From the IMG/VR virus record IMGVR_UViG_3300044770_000015: a DNA stretch of 64,000 nucleotides, one strand, 5' to 3'. A program made the translations under genes and the position numbers. Numbering within the stretch: position 1 is the stretch's first letter; each line of letters starts with the position of its first letter. Shown piece after piece: positions 41,697-51,080 of the stretch. The notes under the pieces are model-generated. The model was not told where the DNA came from. It searched no databases and saw nothing but the letters and a program-made list of their open reading frames with translations. This DNA is from a virus.

Positions 41697-42611
41697 TCAC
41701 ATATCCTCCGGTGAACGTAGTCCTTTGAAGATTGGTTGGCGAGGAGCATCCTTCGTTCCATATGGCTTGTACTTGAAGGTGGCTAGCTTCCCTTTGTAGT
41801 GGGTCTCGAAGTTGTCGAAGGCATGCTTGCGGAATGCATGATCCATCTCCCCTGAGAGACGGAAAGGTCCCGCATAGTCAGGATGCTCGACAATGAACGC
41901 GCCGAGCATTCCTGACGGACGCAGACCGGCCTGATGCGAGGACCGCTTCGTGAAGCCCCTCGCATCTGTTGTGGCGACGTTGTCATTGTGCATCATCTCC
42001 TCGAAGCCAACAATTACGGCCTCTGAAGTCAACCATCGAGCCAGCTTCATCAAGTAGCCCTGCTTGATCGTTGACCTATTCTGTTTGTACGGAGCATCCA
42101 AACGCCTAAGAATAACGCCTTCGTGTCCACTATCGAGCGCCTGTTTCTCGTACTCCAGTACATCATCTAGATTCCTGACAAGTACCTGATTAACGAGTAG
42201 AACTTCAGGTCCTAGATAACCTGCGTGGTTGTGAGCAAACTTCAGGAGGTACTCGTACCTCTTCTCGTACGGTAAGTCGATACGAGTGTGATCGAAGACA
42301 TGCCAACACACAGGCTCCTCAGAGCCATGCGTCATGACAGCTGAGAAGGTGTCGTGGTAGATCGTTGGACCGTGCTGCTTCGGTACTAATAGCTCACCAT
42401 CGAACCCCTCGTACTCCTCCTGGCCGAACATCCTCTGGACATAGGCCGAAGGGATACGGGTCATCGTCCGACTCATCACAGACTCACTTCGCCTATGACC
42501 TCGTATACCGTCAATCTTGTCCGATACGAAGCAGGGATAATGGGGCTCGAACGCCCGAAGATCCTCAGGAGTCTCCGCAGCAAGCAGCACTCTAAAAGGC
42601 TTGTCGGTCAC
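41697..42611 (-). CDS. lig: ATP-dependent DNA ligase
   Basis: 304 aa with adenylation motif I, SDKIDGIRG. GTG start. Confidence 0.85.
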   Translation of the reverse strand: MTDKPFRVLLAAETPEDLRAFEPHYPCFVSDKIDGIRGHRRSESVMSRTMTRIPSAYVQRMFGQEEYEGFDGELLVPKQHGPTIYHDTFSAVMTHGSEEPVCWHVFDHTRIDLPYEKRYEYLLKFAHNHAGYLGPEVLLVNQVLVRNLDDVLEYEKQALDSGHEGVILRRLDAPYKQNRSTIKQGYLMKLARWLTSEAVIVGFEEMMHNDNVATTDARGFTKRSSHQAGLRPSGMLGAFIVEHPDYAGPFRLSGEMDHAFRKHAFDNFETHYKGKLATFKYKPYGTKDAPRQPIFKGLRSPEDM

Positions 42612-42617
42612 TAGCAG

Positions 42618-42866
42618 TCACCTTTGCACGTTGTTATTGAGGTCCAATTGACCACCCCGACGGAGAGCGTTGATGTAGTTGTCAATACAAACCCGAGTGT
42701 CAAGATCATCTGGATAGGCCAGACGATAGCTATCCAGTCGCTCCAACTTGACCTCTGTCGATGTGCCCTTGATTGACAGACGGAATCTCTGCCAGACCTC
42801 GTTCCGTACGGCCCGAAGAATGGCATGTATGTTATGGCTTCCTACTGGATGCGGCCAACTCTTCAT
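42618..42866 (-). CDS. hypothetical protein
   Basis: 82-aa ORF, the first gene after promoter 42890-42922. Confidence 0.55.
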   Translation of the reverse strand: MKSWPHPVGSHNIHAILRAVRNEVWQRFRLSIKGTSTEVKLERLDSYRLAYPDDLDTRVCIDNYINALRRGGQLDLNNNVQR

Positions 42867-42889
42867 AGAGTCCCTTTCATCAGCATACC

Positions 42890-42922
42890 CTATTATATAG
42901 CACCACAGCGATGGTTTGCAAG
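42890..42922 (-). promoter_or_regulatory. class I promoter
   Basis: Minus strand: CTTGC-AAACCATCGCTGTGGT-GCTATATAATAG-GGTATG. Confidence 0.65.
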
Positions 42923-42939
42923 AGTCAAATAAGCGTCGC

Positions 42940-43164
42940 TCAGCCCACCGACATCTCGGAGTCCACTTGCCTCTCGACGATCTCCCGTGTCAGCTTATTA
43001 GCCCTCTTTGCCAAAGGAGCACCACCGGGTGTTCGGAGGGCTATTTCCCGGATACGGCGTAAGAGCTTGAGGGCCTTCTCGACCGTCATCTTCTCCTTAA
43101 TGGCCAGCGAAGGATCGTTCCAGCACCTCGACACTCTAAAGTATACCTGCAGTAGCTTATCCAT
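42940..43164 (-). CDS. hypothetical protein
   Basis: 74-aa ORF with GAGG before the ATG. Confidence 0.55.
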   Translation of the reverse strand: MDKLLQVYFRVSRCWNDPSLAIKEKMTVEKALKLLRRIREIALRTPGGAPLAKRANKLTREIVERQVDSEMSVG

Positions 43165-43182
43165 GTTGCCTCTTCTGGTACG

Positions 43183-45636
43183 TTAAGACGCACTCACCCT
43201 TTCGAGCCACTTCTCATAGCTCTGAGCCTGTCCCCAGTGAGTGCCAACCTTCAAATCCACCTTGAAACGGATCGGAGTAGTAATCCACCTCGTTGGTACT
43301 TCTTCCTGCACCTCTTTGATGATGTCCGCCACTTTACATATGACTGAAGGGTCATTTGGCACCTCGGCCACAGTCGAGTCGTGGACAAGATTGACAAAGT
43401 GTGCGTCATACTGCTTGATGAGCGGTAGAGCTTCCATCCCTGTGTGCAAGGTGAAGTCCGAGATTGGACTCTGCTCATGGAAGTTGGCGAACTCGTTCTG
43501 CAGCCCATGCATGCGTTCGGCGGATACTACTCCCGGTCGACGTTTGCGACCAAATACCGTAATGAGGGTACGCCCTTCAAGCGGAGCACGCCGGCACCTC
43601 TTGAGGAATTGGGCAGCCTGAGGCGCACGCTCGAACCATGCGTCGATAAGCCTCTGAGCCTCAGGAGTAGGTATATCAAACTCTTCTGCGATTGAGAACG
43701 CTTCTCGACCGTACGGGATACCGAAGTTAATTGCCTTAGCACGTATTCGCTGGTCAACGGTGAACCCTTGACCATACATCGCGACGGAGACTTCATCGTG
43801 CAGATTGCGTTTGTCGTCAAGGAATACTCCGGTTAGGAACTCGTCTCCTGAGAGGGCGGCGAGCATTCGTAGTTCGGCGGAGTTATAGTCGGCCTCCAGT
43901 AGAATATAACCTGGACGGGCACAATACATCCGCCGGTAACGACCTTCACGAGGGATATTTTGGATGTTCGGTTCAGACGACGACAATCGACCTGTAGTCG
44001 TAGCATGGAGCTTAAACGAGGTGTGAATGCGATTCCCGACGGCGTGCTTCTCGACCCCTTTCACATAGGTCGAGAGCATCTTAGTCGTGGAACGATACTG
44101 TCTAATGAGCTTTACCGCTGGATGTGCGGGGAGCTTCTCGAACGTTTCCTTGGTGGTATCTTGTGGTCTCCTCCCCTTGATCTTCAGTCCATACTCGTCA
44201 TATAGCAGGGTAGAGACTTCATCTGGCGAATTGGGGTTTATATGACGTCCGACTAACTCCTGGAGCTTTACCTCAAGCCCAACAAGCTCGGCTTCTAGTT
44301 CCAAACGGTTGAGCTTTACGTACTCCCAGTCGACCTCAATACCGTAACCTTCAATCTGTGCCAGGAGATGGCTAGCTGGTATCAAGGTTCGAGTATAGAG
44401 CTTCTCCAGGTTTGCATCTGCCTTAACCTGGGGACGTTTGTGCATATAGACGAGAAGAGTCTTCTTTAGGTCCTTGGCGAGGTAGTCGAAGAGAACAGGC
44501 TCTGGTACTGCAGCATATGAATCGGTCTTCTTCGGGGCCCACTTCTTGAGCATCCCTTTGTGCTCGGGAATGCCGAGGTCGTTCTTAGCTTGCTCGTCTA
44601 GGTCGTGATCCTTCGTAGCCTCGGAGAGGGCATAGGACAACAACCCAGTATCTTCCGTGTTGATACTCTCCTCTGGGCGAAGCAACTTCTCTTCGTGCAA
44701 GAACTTCTCGTCGAACTTCCCGAACTGCCATACCCAGCGGACTCCGGGTATCAACAGCAGTCGACGGAGGTAATAGCAATAGGCTTGATCCAGAAGGGCT
44801 TCCTTGGGAACGATAGCTGCCGTATCCGACGGATCATCAAAGTAGAACCCGATCCCAAGAATATAGTCAACCTTCGGATTGAAGCCGGAGGTCTCAATGT
44901 CCGCTGCTACAACTACCCCCTCATCCTTACCCTTTTCAAGTAGGCCCTTAACTTTGCGTGTGTACGCCACGAGATCCTCGAGTTCGCGGAGGACAATATT
45001 ATGCGGCTCTTCCCACTTATACGTCCTGACTTGCACGGGATGGTTATCGTAGGCAATCGACATTGCCAGAGTGATATCATCCTTGAAGACCTTAGGATTG
45101 CCGGATCCTCTAAGAAGGAACGCAGGATGAACTGTTGGTACGACAACAGCTTCTTGGCCGGAATCAGGATCCTTAATGGTATAGAGCTGCCCACGTTTCT
45201 GCGTGATCTTATAGCCATAGTCGCCCGTGAGAGAAATGTTGGAGTAGGCACCCATCGCCAGTACACACCGACGAGGATAAGCAAAGACCTGCGCGAGAAC
45301 TCTTGAGCGACAAGCAGCACAGGCTCTAGCCTTGAAGTCCTTATCCCGAAGTGTATCGTCCGTCTTAGGAGGGCGACACTGCATGGCATTGATGATATAT
45401 GCGTCATCAAAGTCATACCCTTCTGGAACAGTTTTGTCTAGGAGATCCCCAGATGGACCACAAATAGGAGCACCATACTTCAACTCCTCAGTCCCTGGAG
45501 CCTCCAAAATGATGACAAGGGGAGAATCTATTGTCCCACGAGCACCTACCCGTCGACTACCACTGAGGGGACACATCGGACAAGGCTCAGGCGAGAACTT
45601 CTTATCAGGAGTAGGGAGGAGTCGCTTGAACAACAT
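43183..45636 (-). CDS. polA: DNA polymerase I (family A) with 3'-5' exonuclease domain and N-terminal family-4 UDG-like domain
   Basis: Pol motifs: RLSSSEPNIQNIP, DYNSAELRMLA, KAINFGIPYG, VHDS. Exo motif: VAADIETSG. N-terminal: CPMCPL...ILEAPGTEE...GPSGDLL...CRPP...VHPAFLLR. I prefer ATG 45636, preceded by AGGAG. Confidence 0.9.
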   Translation of the reverse strand: MLFKRLLPTPDKKFSPEPCPMCPLSGSRRVGARGTIDSPLVIILEAPGTEELKYGAPICGPSGDLLDKTVPEGYDFDDAYIINAMQCRPPKTDDTLRDKDFKARACAACRSRVLAQVFAYPRRCVLAMGAYSNISLTGDYGYKITQKRGQLYTIKDPDSGQEAVVVPTVHPAFLLRGSGNPKVFKDDITLAMSIAYDNHPVQVRTYKWEEPHNIVLRELEDLVAYTRKVKGLLEKGKDEGVVVAADIETSGFNPKVDYILGIGFYFDDPSDTAAIVPKEALLDQAYCYYLRRLLLIPGVRWVWQFGKFDEKFLHEEKLLRPEESINTEDTGLLSYALSEATKDHDLDEQAKNDLGIPEHKGMLKKWAPKKTDSYAAVPEPVLFDYLAKDLKKTLLVYMHKRPQVKADANLEKLYTRTLIPASHLLAQIEGYGIEVDWEYVKLNRLELEAELVGLEVKLQELVGRHINPNSPDEVSTLLYDEYGLKIKGRRPQDTTKETFEKLPAHPAVKLIRQYRSTTKMLSTYVKGVEKHAVGNRIHTSFKLHATTTGRLSSSEPNIQNIPREGRYRRMYCARPGYILLEADYNSAELRMLAALSGDEFLTGVFLDDKRNLHDEVSVAMYGQGFTVDQRIRAKAINFGIPYGREAFSIAEEFDIPTPEAQRLIDAWFERAPQAAQFLKRCRRAPLEGRTLITVFGRKRRPGVVSAERMHGLQNEFANFHEQSPISDFTLHTGMEALPLIKQYDAHFVNLVHDSTVAEVPNDPSVICKVADIIKEVQEEVPTRWITTPIRFKVDLKVGTHWGQAQSYEKWLERVSAS

Positions 45637-45644
45637 AGCTACTC

Positions 45645-46475
45645 CTACTCCTGGATCCACCTCCGATATTGATCGAGATTTTCCCGGATACAGGCAAGTC
45701 TCTCAGGCTGAAGAACCTCTTCTATCGGGATGTCCCAGAACTTTCCTCTTGGTCCTAACTCGCTGGACCAGTTGTAGGCCCACATAGCGTCGCGGACTTC
45801 CATCGTAGCCAAACCCGCACGAATCGGAACTGCGGAGTCGATCCCTTTGACGATCTGCATCCGGGCGCAAGCCACATCATCGAGGATATTGTTCGAGAAC
45901 CCGAGGAGGTGAACCCCTTTGAAGAGCTTGTAGGTGTCGCGCCGGATGAGTTCGTGCAACACTGGCATGCGAGACCCATTCTCGTTGGCGAAGATCCTAG
46001 GAACAGATACGTAGTCCACCATCGGGAGGGAATACATCACCGCGGTGGTCTCCATCGCGTCATCGACATTCGATCCTTGCAGTACACCAAGCAAGGCAGG
46101 TACCTCGTCGGCGAACTGCTGTTTGGACTGAAAGTATCGGCAATACTCGCGTACGAACGTTTTGGCCATCTCCCTTGTTCCGGCTCCATCACCCATCGCA
46201 TCTGGGATCACAATGCAGTCAGGAGGGACGATATTTGCTGCGGCCAGAAGATCATCCAGATCGAGTGGGTGCCCAAGCTCGACGATCGAGTTGTCCAGGA
46301 TGATGAACGAATCCTCGTAGTCCTCACGCACTTTGTTGTAGACCTCACGGTACTCATCCGGCTTCTCGAGGATATCATGTGCCAGCAAGAGATGATAACG
46401 GCCGAGATAGTCCTTGGGCCCCTTCTGTAGCTCACGGGCGATCTGGATTGGCACTACAGGAGCAAAGCGGGCCAT
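45645..46475 (-). CDS. dpdA: DpdA-like (TGT-superfamily) 7-deazaguanine DNA transglycosylase candidate
   Basis: 276-aa ORF immediately downstream of folE-queE-queD-queC and upstream of polA. Called mainly from context. GAGGAGG lies before the ATG. Confidence 0.5.
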   Translation of the reverse strand: MARFAPVVPIQIARELQKGPKDYLGRYHLLLAHDILEKPDEYREVYNKVREDYEDSFIILDNSIVELGHPLDLDDLLAAANIVPPDCIVIPDAMGDGAGTREMAKTFVREYCRYFQSKQQFADEVPALLGVLQGSNVDDAMETTAVMYSLPMVDYVSVPRIFANENGSRMPVLHELIRRDTYKLFKGVHLLGFSNNILDDVACARMQIVKGIDSAVPIRAGLATMEVRDAMWAYNWSSELGPRGKFWDIPIEEVLQPERLACIRENLDQYRRWIQE

Positions 46476-46515
46476 TTGCGGGCCTCCTCAGGTGAATTGG
46501 ATTCGAGCTTATACC

Positions 46516-46548
46516 CTATTATACAGCAGTCCCAGCTATGGTATCTAG
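46516..46548 (-). promoter_or_regulatory. class I promoter (weak -35)
   Basis: Minus strand: CTAGA-TACCATAGCTGGGACT-GCTGTATAATAG-GGTATAAG. Confidence 0.5.
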
Positions 46549-46562
46549 TGGAGTACCATCAT

Positions 46563-47195
46563 TTAATTTGACCTCGACCCCATACGGACTAGCTCGAAGA
46601 ACTCCTCTCTTGCAGCAGGGACGTCACGAAAGAGCCCCCTGACTGTCGAAGTTGAGGTCGGGGTCGAGTGTACCTTTACTCCACGACCAGTCATACAGGA
46701 GTGATCTGCCTTGATAACGACCATCACTCCTTTGGCTCCCAGATGCTTCTCTAGCACGTCCGCAATGAGATCCGTACAGGTCTCCTGCATCCTTGGAAAC
46801 TCATGACCAACAGCTTCGACAATGCGAGTCAGCTTTGAGAGTCCGACTACCCGAGTGGAAGGAATATACCCAATGTGGCACACCCCGAGAACGGGGAGAA
46901 GATGATGTGGGCAGATCGTCCTGAAGGGGATTCCCGACTGAACCAAGACCCCCTTGTATCCGTTGTCGATATGAGTCGATGTGAAGTCCACCTTAAGGAC
47001 ACGGTTAACGTCGTAGGGCTTCTTGTACTCCAAGAGGTAGCGCACGAATCGCTCAGGTGTTCCATCGAAGTTCTCGTCTGTCAGGTCGAATCCTAGGGTC
47101 TCCAGAACAGCTGCTATGAGATTAGCAGCGTCCTGGATCGGGTTGGTAGTCTTCTTACGGGCCATTGCCTGTTTCCTCTGTGGTTTTATTGTCAT
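46563..47195 (-). CDS. folE: GTP cyclohydrolase I
   Basis: 210 aa. ICPHHLLPVLGVCHIGYIP...VVGLSKLTRIV...QETCTDLIA...ADHSCMTGRGV. Confidence 0.85.
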   Translation of the reverse strand: MTIKPQRKQAMARKKTTNPIQDAANLIAAVLETLGFDLTDENFDGTPERFVRYLLEYKKPYDVNRVLKVDFTSTHIDNGYKGVLVQSGIPFRTICPHHLLPVLGVCHIGYIPSTRVVGLSKLTRIVEAVGHEFPRMQETCTDLIADVLEKHLGAKGVMVVIKADHSCMTGRGVKVHSTPTSTSTVRGLFRDVPAAREEFFELVRMGSRSN

Positions 47196-48013
47196 GGCAG
47201 GTGTAGCAGCTTGTGGAGCTGCAGACTAACTCGGTAGTTGAACTTCATGGCGAGCTCAGCGCAGAGCCGGATGTTGCGCTGAGTAGCCTCTTCGTCTCGG
47301 ACAGATGACGTCACTTCTTGGTCTTCGAGTTGTGGTACTAAAGGACCAGATACAGCCTTTGTACCTAGAGTCCCTTTGATGCGGTATCCCACCTTGTACG
47401 CCTCGCAAGGTTGGAGCCACACCGTGTCATCTTCCGGACTAGGCGGCCGAAAGATCTGAGCCTCCTTACCTGGGATCTGAGTCGACATAATTGGTAATCC
47501 ATCCAGCAGAGATACTTCGCCCGCACGAATGAGGTACTTCCAGTGCTTACACCATCGTGCAATCTGGGGATGAACCTTTGGAGTCTTGGGCGAGCAAACC
47601 AGAGAGATACGACCTGGAACGATATAGTCCTCTAAATGTTCAACCCAGACTGTACCAGCAGTCTCAAACTGGACGTGAAACCCACTCTTGTCGAGTACTG
47701 AGCACAGGGGCCCAATGTTCTGGAGGAGAGGCTCACCACCAGTTACTACAACAAGATTTGTCTTTCCGATCTTATCGCGGGTAGCCAGCATCTCGACTTT
47801 TACCCGGATTTCACCCAAAGCCATCGTAGTACGGCGACTCTCGAAGTCCGTGTCGCAAAAGTGACACCGAAGGTTACATCCAGCCAGCCGAAGGAAGATA
47901 GCAGGCTTCCCAGCAAAGGGCCCTTCACCTTGGATCGTGGAGAAGATGTCCTGCACTTCGAGCCACATCCCATCTCCTTCGATGGGACTACTCAGAGGGT
48001 TCGTTCCGAACAT
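47192..48013 (-). CDS. queE: 7-carboxy-7-deazaguanine synthase (radical SAM)
   Basis: IQGEGPFAGKPAIFLRLAGCNLRCHFCDTDF, i.e. the CxxxCxxC radical-SAM motif. Confidence 0.85.
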   Translation of the reverse strand: MFGTNPLSSPIEGDGMWLEVQDIFSTIQGEGPFAGKPAIFLRLAGCNLRCHFCDTDFESRRTTMALGEIRVKVEMLATRDKIGKTNLVVVTGGEPLLQNIGPLCSVLDKSGFHVQFETAGTVWVEHLEDYIVPGRISLVCSPKTPKVHPQIARWCKHWKYLIRAGEVSLLDGLPIMSTQIPGKEAQIFRPPSPEDDTVWLQPCEAYKVGYRIKGTLGTKAVSGPLVPQLEDQEVTSSVRDEEATQRNIRLCAELAMKFNYRVSLQLHKLLHLP

Positions 48014-48014
48014 G

Positions 48015-48485
48015 TTAGCCCCCTTTGGCTATTCGCCGTTTGACCATCTCTTCGATGAGTATGTTCGACATAGTATCGGCTGATGCCGAACACTTTCTAG
48101 TCTCTTCCACAGTGACCTTAATAAGGTCGACTCCCGTTCCTTCGAGGAGCTTGGGTCCCATGACCCGGCAAAGAAAGTCTGCCATGTTCTCCGCCGTCGG
48201 ATTGAACGGTAGTACGACGACAGTAGGATCAAGCAACCCGAGATCGTTCGACCAGGGGTCTTCTTGCCAGACGAGGAAGTGGTGATCCCACACATCCTCG
48301 AGCCACATACACAGGCGACTCTTCATGACCGAGAAGTCGATTACTCTTCCTACCTGGTCAAGCTCAGGAGCTGCACACGTGAAGTGCACTCGATAGTTGT
48401 GCCCATGAAGGTGAGCACACTTCGATTCGTGACCATAGACACGATGGCCACAGGAGATGTCGTGATACCGATGGCAGGTAATCAT
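48015..48485 (-). CDS. queD: 6-carboxytetrahydropterin synthase
   Basis: I place the start at ATG 48485, preceded by AAGGAGAGG. CGHRVYGHESKCAHLHGHNYRV is the QueD/PTPS motif. Confidence 0.85.
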   Translation of the reverse strand: MITCHRYHDISCGHRVYGHESKCAHLHGHNYRVHFTCAAPELDQVGRVIDFSVMKSRLCMWLEDVWDHHFLVWQEDPWSNDLGLLDPTVVVLPFNPTAENMADFLCRVMGPKLLEGTGVDLIKVTVEETRKCSASADTMSNILIEEMVKRRIAKGG

Positions 48486-48495
48486 GGGCCTCTCC

Positions 48496-49260
48496 TTAGA
48501 ATGGGATGTCGTCGATAAGGCCAGGAACTCCAACCTTGTCAGACTTGTAGATGGTTGGATCTTTGACACCAGCCTTGAGGAAACCAGCCTTACGAGCCCT
48601 ACAAGTGGGACAGATGCCACAGTGGAGTTCCTCCCCTTTGTAGCAGGACCACGTGAGATGCCAGGGCACACCCAGTTTCTCGCCTGCTAAGACGATCTCA
48701 TCCTTGAACATCTGGATCAGAGGCGCCGCGATACGCACTTGGTGGTACGTCCCGATGTACACGGCTGCTCCCATCGCGCCGACGAAGTCCAATCTACAGT
48801 CGGGATACGCATCTCCGGCAGCGTCCTCGGCATGCGCTCCGAAGTAGATCCGGCCTTCCCAGTCGGCATCAGTCTCTGAGCTCGGATCGGCCTCGATCGC
48901 CTTGTTCAATTGCTCGACACGATGGGCTGCGATCCCGGCGATACGCGAGATCAGTTGACCATTGCGGAAGGGAACATATGTGGGACTTACCCCTCGGAGC
49001 TCCGCGTAGGATACTGAGGGGATATCCGCGTGATGGTCAGTAAGGCCAGCCTTAGGCATCCCGACAATATCGTGGATCTCGTGCGAGACCGAGAGGTACG
49101 AAGCGACCTTCATTGCTTGCGATAGTTCCTTCTGGTGTCGTTGTCCGTAGTTGATCGAAATTGCTATGACGTTCTCTCTGCCACAATCCCTTACTGCGTA
49201 TGCCAGGCACGTAGACGAATCGATACCGCCTGACAGCAAGACGAATCCGAGCTGTCGCAT
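48496..49260 (-). CDS. queC: 7-cyano-7-deazaguanine (preQ0) synthase
   Basis: I place the start at ATG 49260, preceded by GGAG. LLSGGIDSS PP-loop and a C-terminal CGICPTCRARKAGF zinc site. No fused amidotransferase domain. Confidence 0.85.
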   Translation of the reverse strand: MRQLGFVLLSGGIDSSTCLAYAVRDCGRENVIAISINYGQRHQKELSQAMKVASYLSVSHEIHDIVGMPKAGLTDHHADIPSVSYAELRGVSPTYVPFRNGQLISRIAGIAAHRVEQLNKAIEADPSSETDADWEGRIYFGAHAEDAAGDAYPDCRLDFVGAMGAAVYIGTYHQVRIAAPLIQMFKDEIVLAGEKLGVPWHLTWSCYKGEELHCGICPTCRARKAGFLKAGVKDPTIYKSDKVGVPGLIDDIPF

Positions 49261-49281
49261 GTCTATCTCCGGTTGATGGAC

Positions 49282-49312
49282 AATAAACCCAGCCACCTTG
49301 TGGGTGACTGGG
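49282..49312 (-). terminator. possible rho-independent terminator between the DUF669 gene and queC
   Basis: Stem cccagccacc/gggtgactggg (9 bp, 1 mismatch). On the minus strand it is followed by TTTATTGT. Confidence 0.4.
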
Positions 49313-49360
49313 TTCCTCAACAGATGCTCATACAACTACCCGAGCAGGTGCTCTTGCTCG

Positions 49361-49900
49361 TTACTGGCCGGCTGCGAGAAACGCGCCGCCTTGGCCCTCT
49401 TCCGCCGGAAGCACATCGCGGACGTTGTTGCGGGGTTTCCCTTCGTACTGCTTGATGTCGAGACGAACGCGGCACGCCTTCCCGACCAGGACACCGTCGG
49501 CCGCGATCTTCTCGGGGTCGAACGGGCCTTGCAACAGCTCGGGAGCCACACGGCTGATCACCTTCTTGACGCGCGGCATCATCACTTCGACGAAGGGCGT
49601 ATGGAAGAACATCTTCCTGCCCGCGTGTTCGCCTGCACCTTCCATCAGCTCGAACACCCACGTCCACATCGGATTGCCGCTGCTCTGGCTAAAGCCGAAA
49701 GTGACGTCGTCGACGGTTGCGGGGTAGATCCCTCTCGGCACAACCGGACGTTCCGTCTCGTCCGGCACCGAGGAAAGATCGATCATCAGACTGCCGCCAC
49801 CTTCGCTACCGGCTGCCTCTTCGGCGGGTACCGGCTGTTGTACAGCTGGTTCTGCTGCTGGTGCTGGTGCTGGTGCTGCTTCCTGCTTCGGTTTTGCCAT
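49361..49900 (-). CDS. DUF669-type protein (putative ssDNA-binding)
   Basis: 179 aa. A/P-rich N-terminus followed by GIYPATVDDVTFGFSQSSGNPMWTWVFEL, typical of DUF669. It sits beside the AAA_24 ATPase. Confidence 0.6.
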   Translation of the reverse strand: MAKPKQEAAPAPAPAAEPAVQQPVPAEEAAGSEGGGSLMIDLSSVPDETERPVVPRGIYPATVDDVTFGFSQSSGNPMWTWVFELMEGAGEHAGRKMFFHTPFVEVMMPRVKKVISRVAPELLQGPFDPEKIAADGVLVGKACRVRLDIKQYEGKPRNNVRDVLPAEEGQGGAFLAAGQ

Positions 49901-50000
49901 GGTAGTACTCCTTCTGGTTTGGTATGTTGATCGGGACTTACTTCGATCCAGTCAACGTACTGGTTGACCCCTGAGTGCCCAACCGTCTCCCAGGTAAAGG

Positions 50001-51080
50001 TTAAGCTTGTTTCGCCTTGACGAGTCCTTTCTCCAGTAAGCCGACTGACTCCAGGATCGAGTGCATCGTCGGATTCTGCCAGCCAAGGAGCTTGAAGTTC
50101 GAGAACCTGCACTTCGCGTTGATTGTTCGGCTTGGCTGAACCTGCATATTGTGAACCTTGGTGTTGTTCTCACCTTGCGTTACGTACATGAAGCCGACGA
50201 TATCCATGAAGCCCTGGCATTGACGAGCCAGCTTACCAGTGAGAGCCGGCATCCAGATCATCTTCTTGGCATCGTCCTGGACGTAAGATCCAGCTGCCGT
50301 GAACATCACGTGCATGGGCAAATCGCGGTAAGCCCGGATAGCCCGGAGGACTTGACTGTGATTACGCTTGAACTCTGACCACTCAGGGTTCGCAAGCTCC
50401 TCATCGATTCTGGTACGATCGTTGACGCCAAGGAGCTGGTACATAGAGTAGCTCTCGACCTCCGACAACGAGTCCGTGATGACAGTACGGAAGCGCTTCG
50501 GCGGTGCATCCGGCTCGTACTGATCTGCCGGGATGAGGAGCTTCTCCAGATCCTTGAGCTTCTTGTCTGCCTCGGGCGTATGCTGATCCCTGAGTGAGCA
50601 ATGCAGCTTGAGGTACTCCTGCACACGAGCGTACACCTTGAAGTCCTTCACGCGAACGACAGTGAAGTGCTTCTTCAGAGGGGCGAACAGTTCCTCCGTC
50701 GCGATCGTAAGGTCACCAGCTTCGGCGTCGATGAAGAAGATGTCCCTCATATCCGGCACTAGCACTGCCGATCCGAGGAGGCGGGTCTTACCCGAGCCGT
50801 AGTCGCCGTAGGCCAACATCTTGAGCCACCGATCGTACTCGGTGAGTCCATGCATCTGGAACGGAGGCCCAGCTGGCACCTTTGGGGCCACCGGAGCAAC
50901 CCCTACTTGTGGCTGTGAAGCTATTCCTGTTACTGCAGGCCGATTTCCTGGCTGAATGCTTCCTCCGGGGACAATTGACTGTCCTCCGACACCGGCTCCA
51001 GGTTGCTTAGTAGCTGGCTGTATTGCACTCCTTCCAGCGGGAGCTGCACTTCGTTGGGTTCCGGTAGTAGATTGCGCCAT
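50001..51080 (-). CDS. AAA_24/Sak4-like RecA-type ATPase
   Basis: Walker A at AYGDYGSGKTRLL. I place the start at ATG 51080, preceded by AAGGAG at 8 nt. The N-terminal 75 aa are Q/P/G/A low-complexity. Confidence 0.65.
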   Translation of the reverse strand: MAQSTTGTQRSAAPAGRSAIQPATKQPGAGVGGQSIVPGGSIQPGNRPAVTGIASQPQVGVAPVAPKVPAGPPFQMHGLTEYDRWLKMLAYGDYGSGKTRLLGSAVLVPDMRDIFFIDAEAGDLTIATEELFAPLKKHFTVVRVKDFKVYARVQEYLKLHCSLRDQHTPEADKKLKDLEKLLIPADQYEPDAPPKRFRTVITDSLSEVESYSMYQLLGVNDRTRIDEELANPEWSEFKRNHSQVLRAIRAYRDLPMHVMFTAAGSYVQDDAKKMIWMPALTGKLARQCQGFMDIVGFMYVTQGENNTKVHNMQVQPSRTINAKCRFSNFKLLGWQNPTMHSILESVGLLEKGLVKAKQA

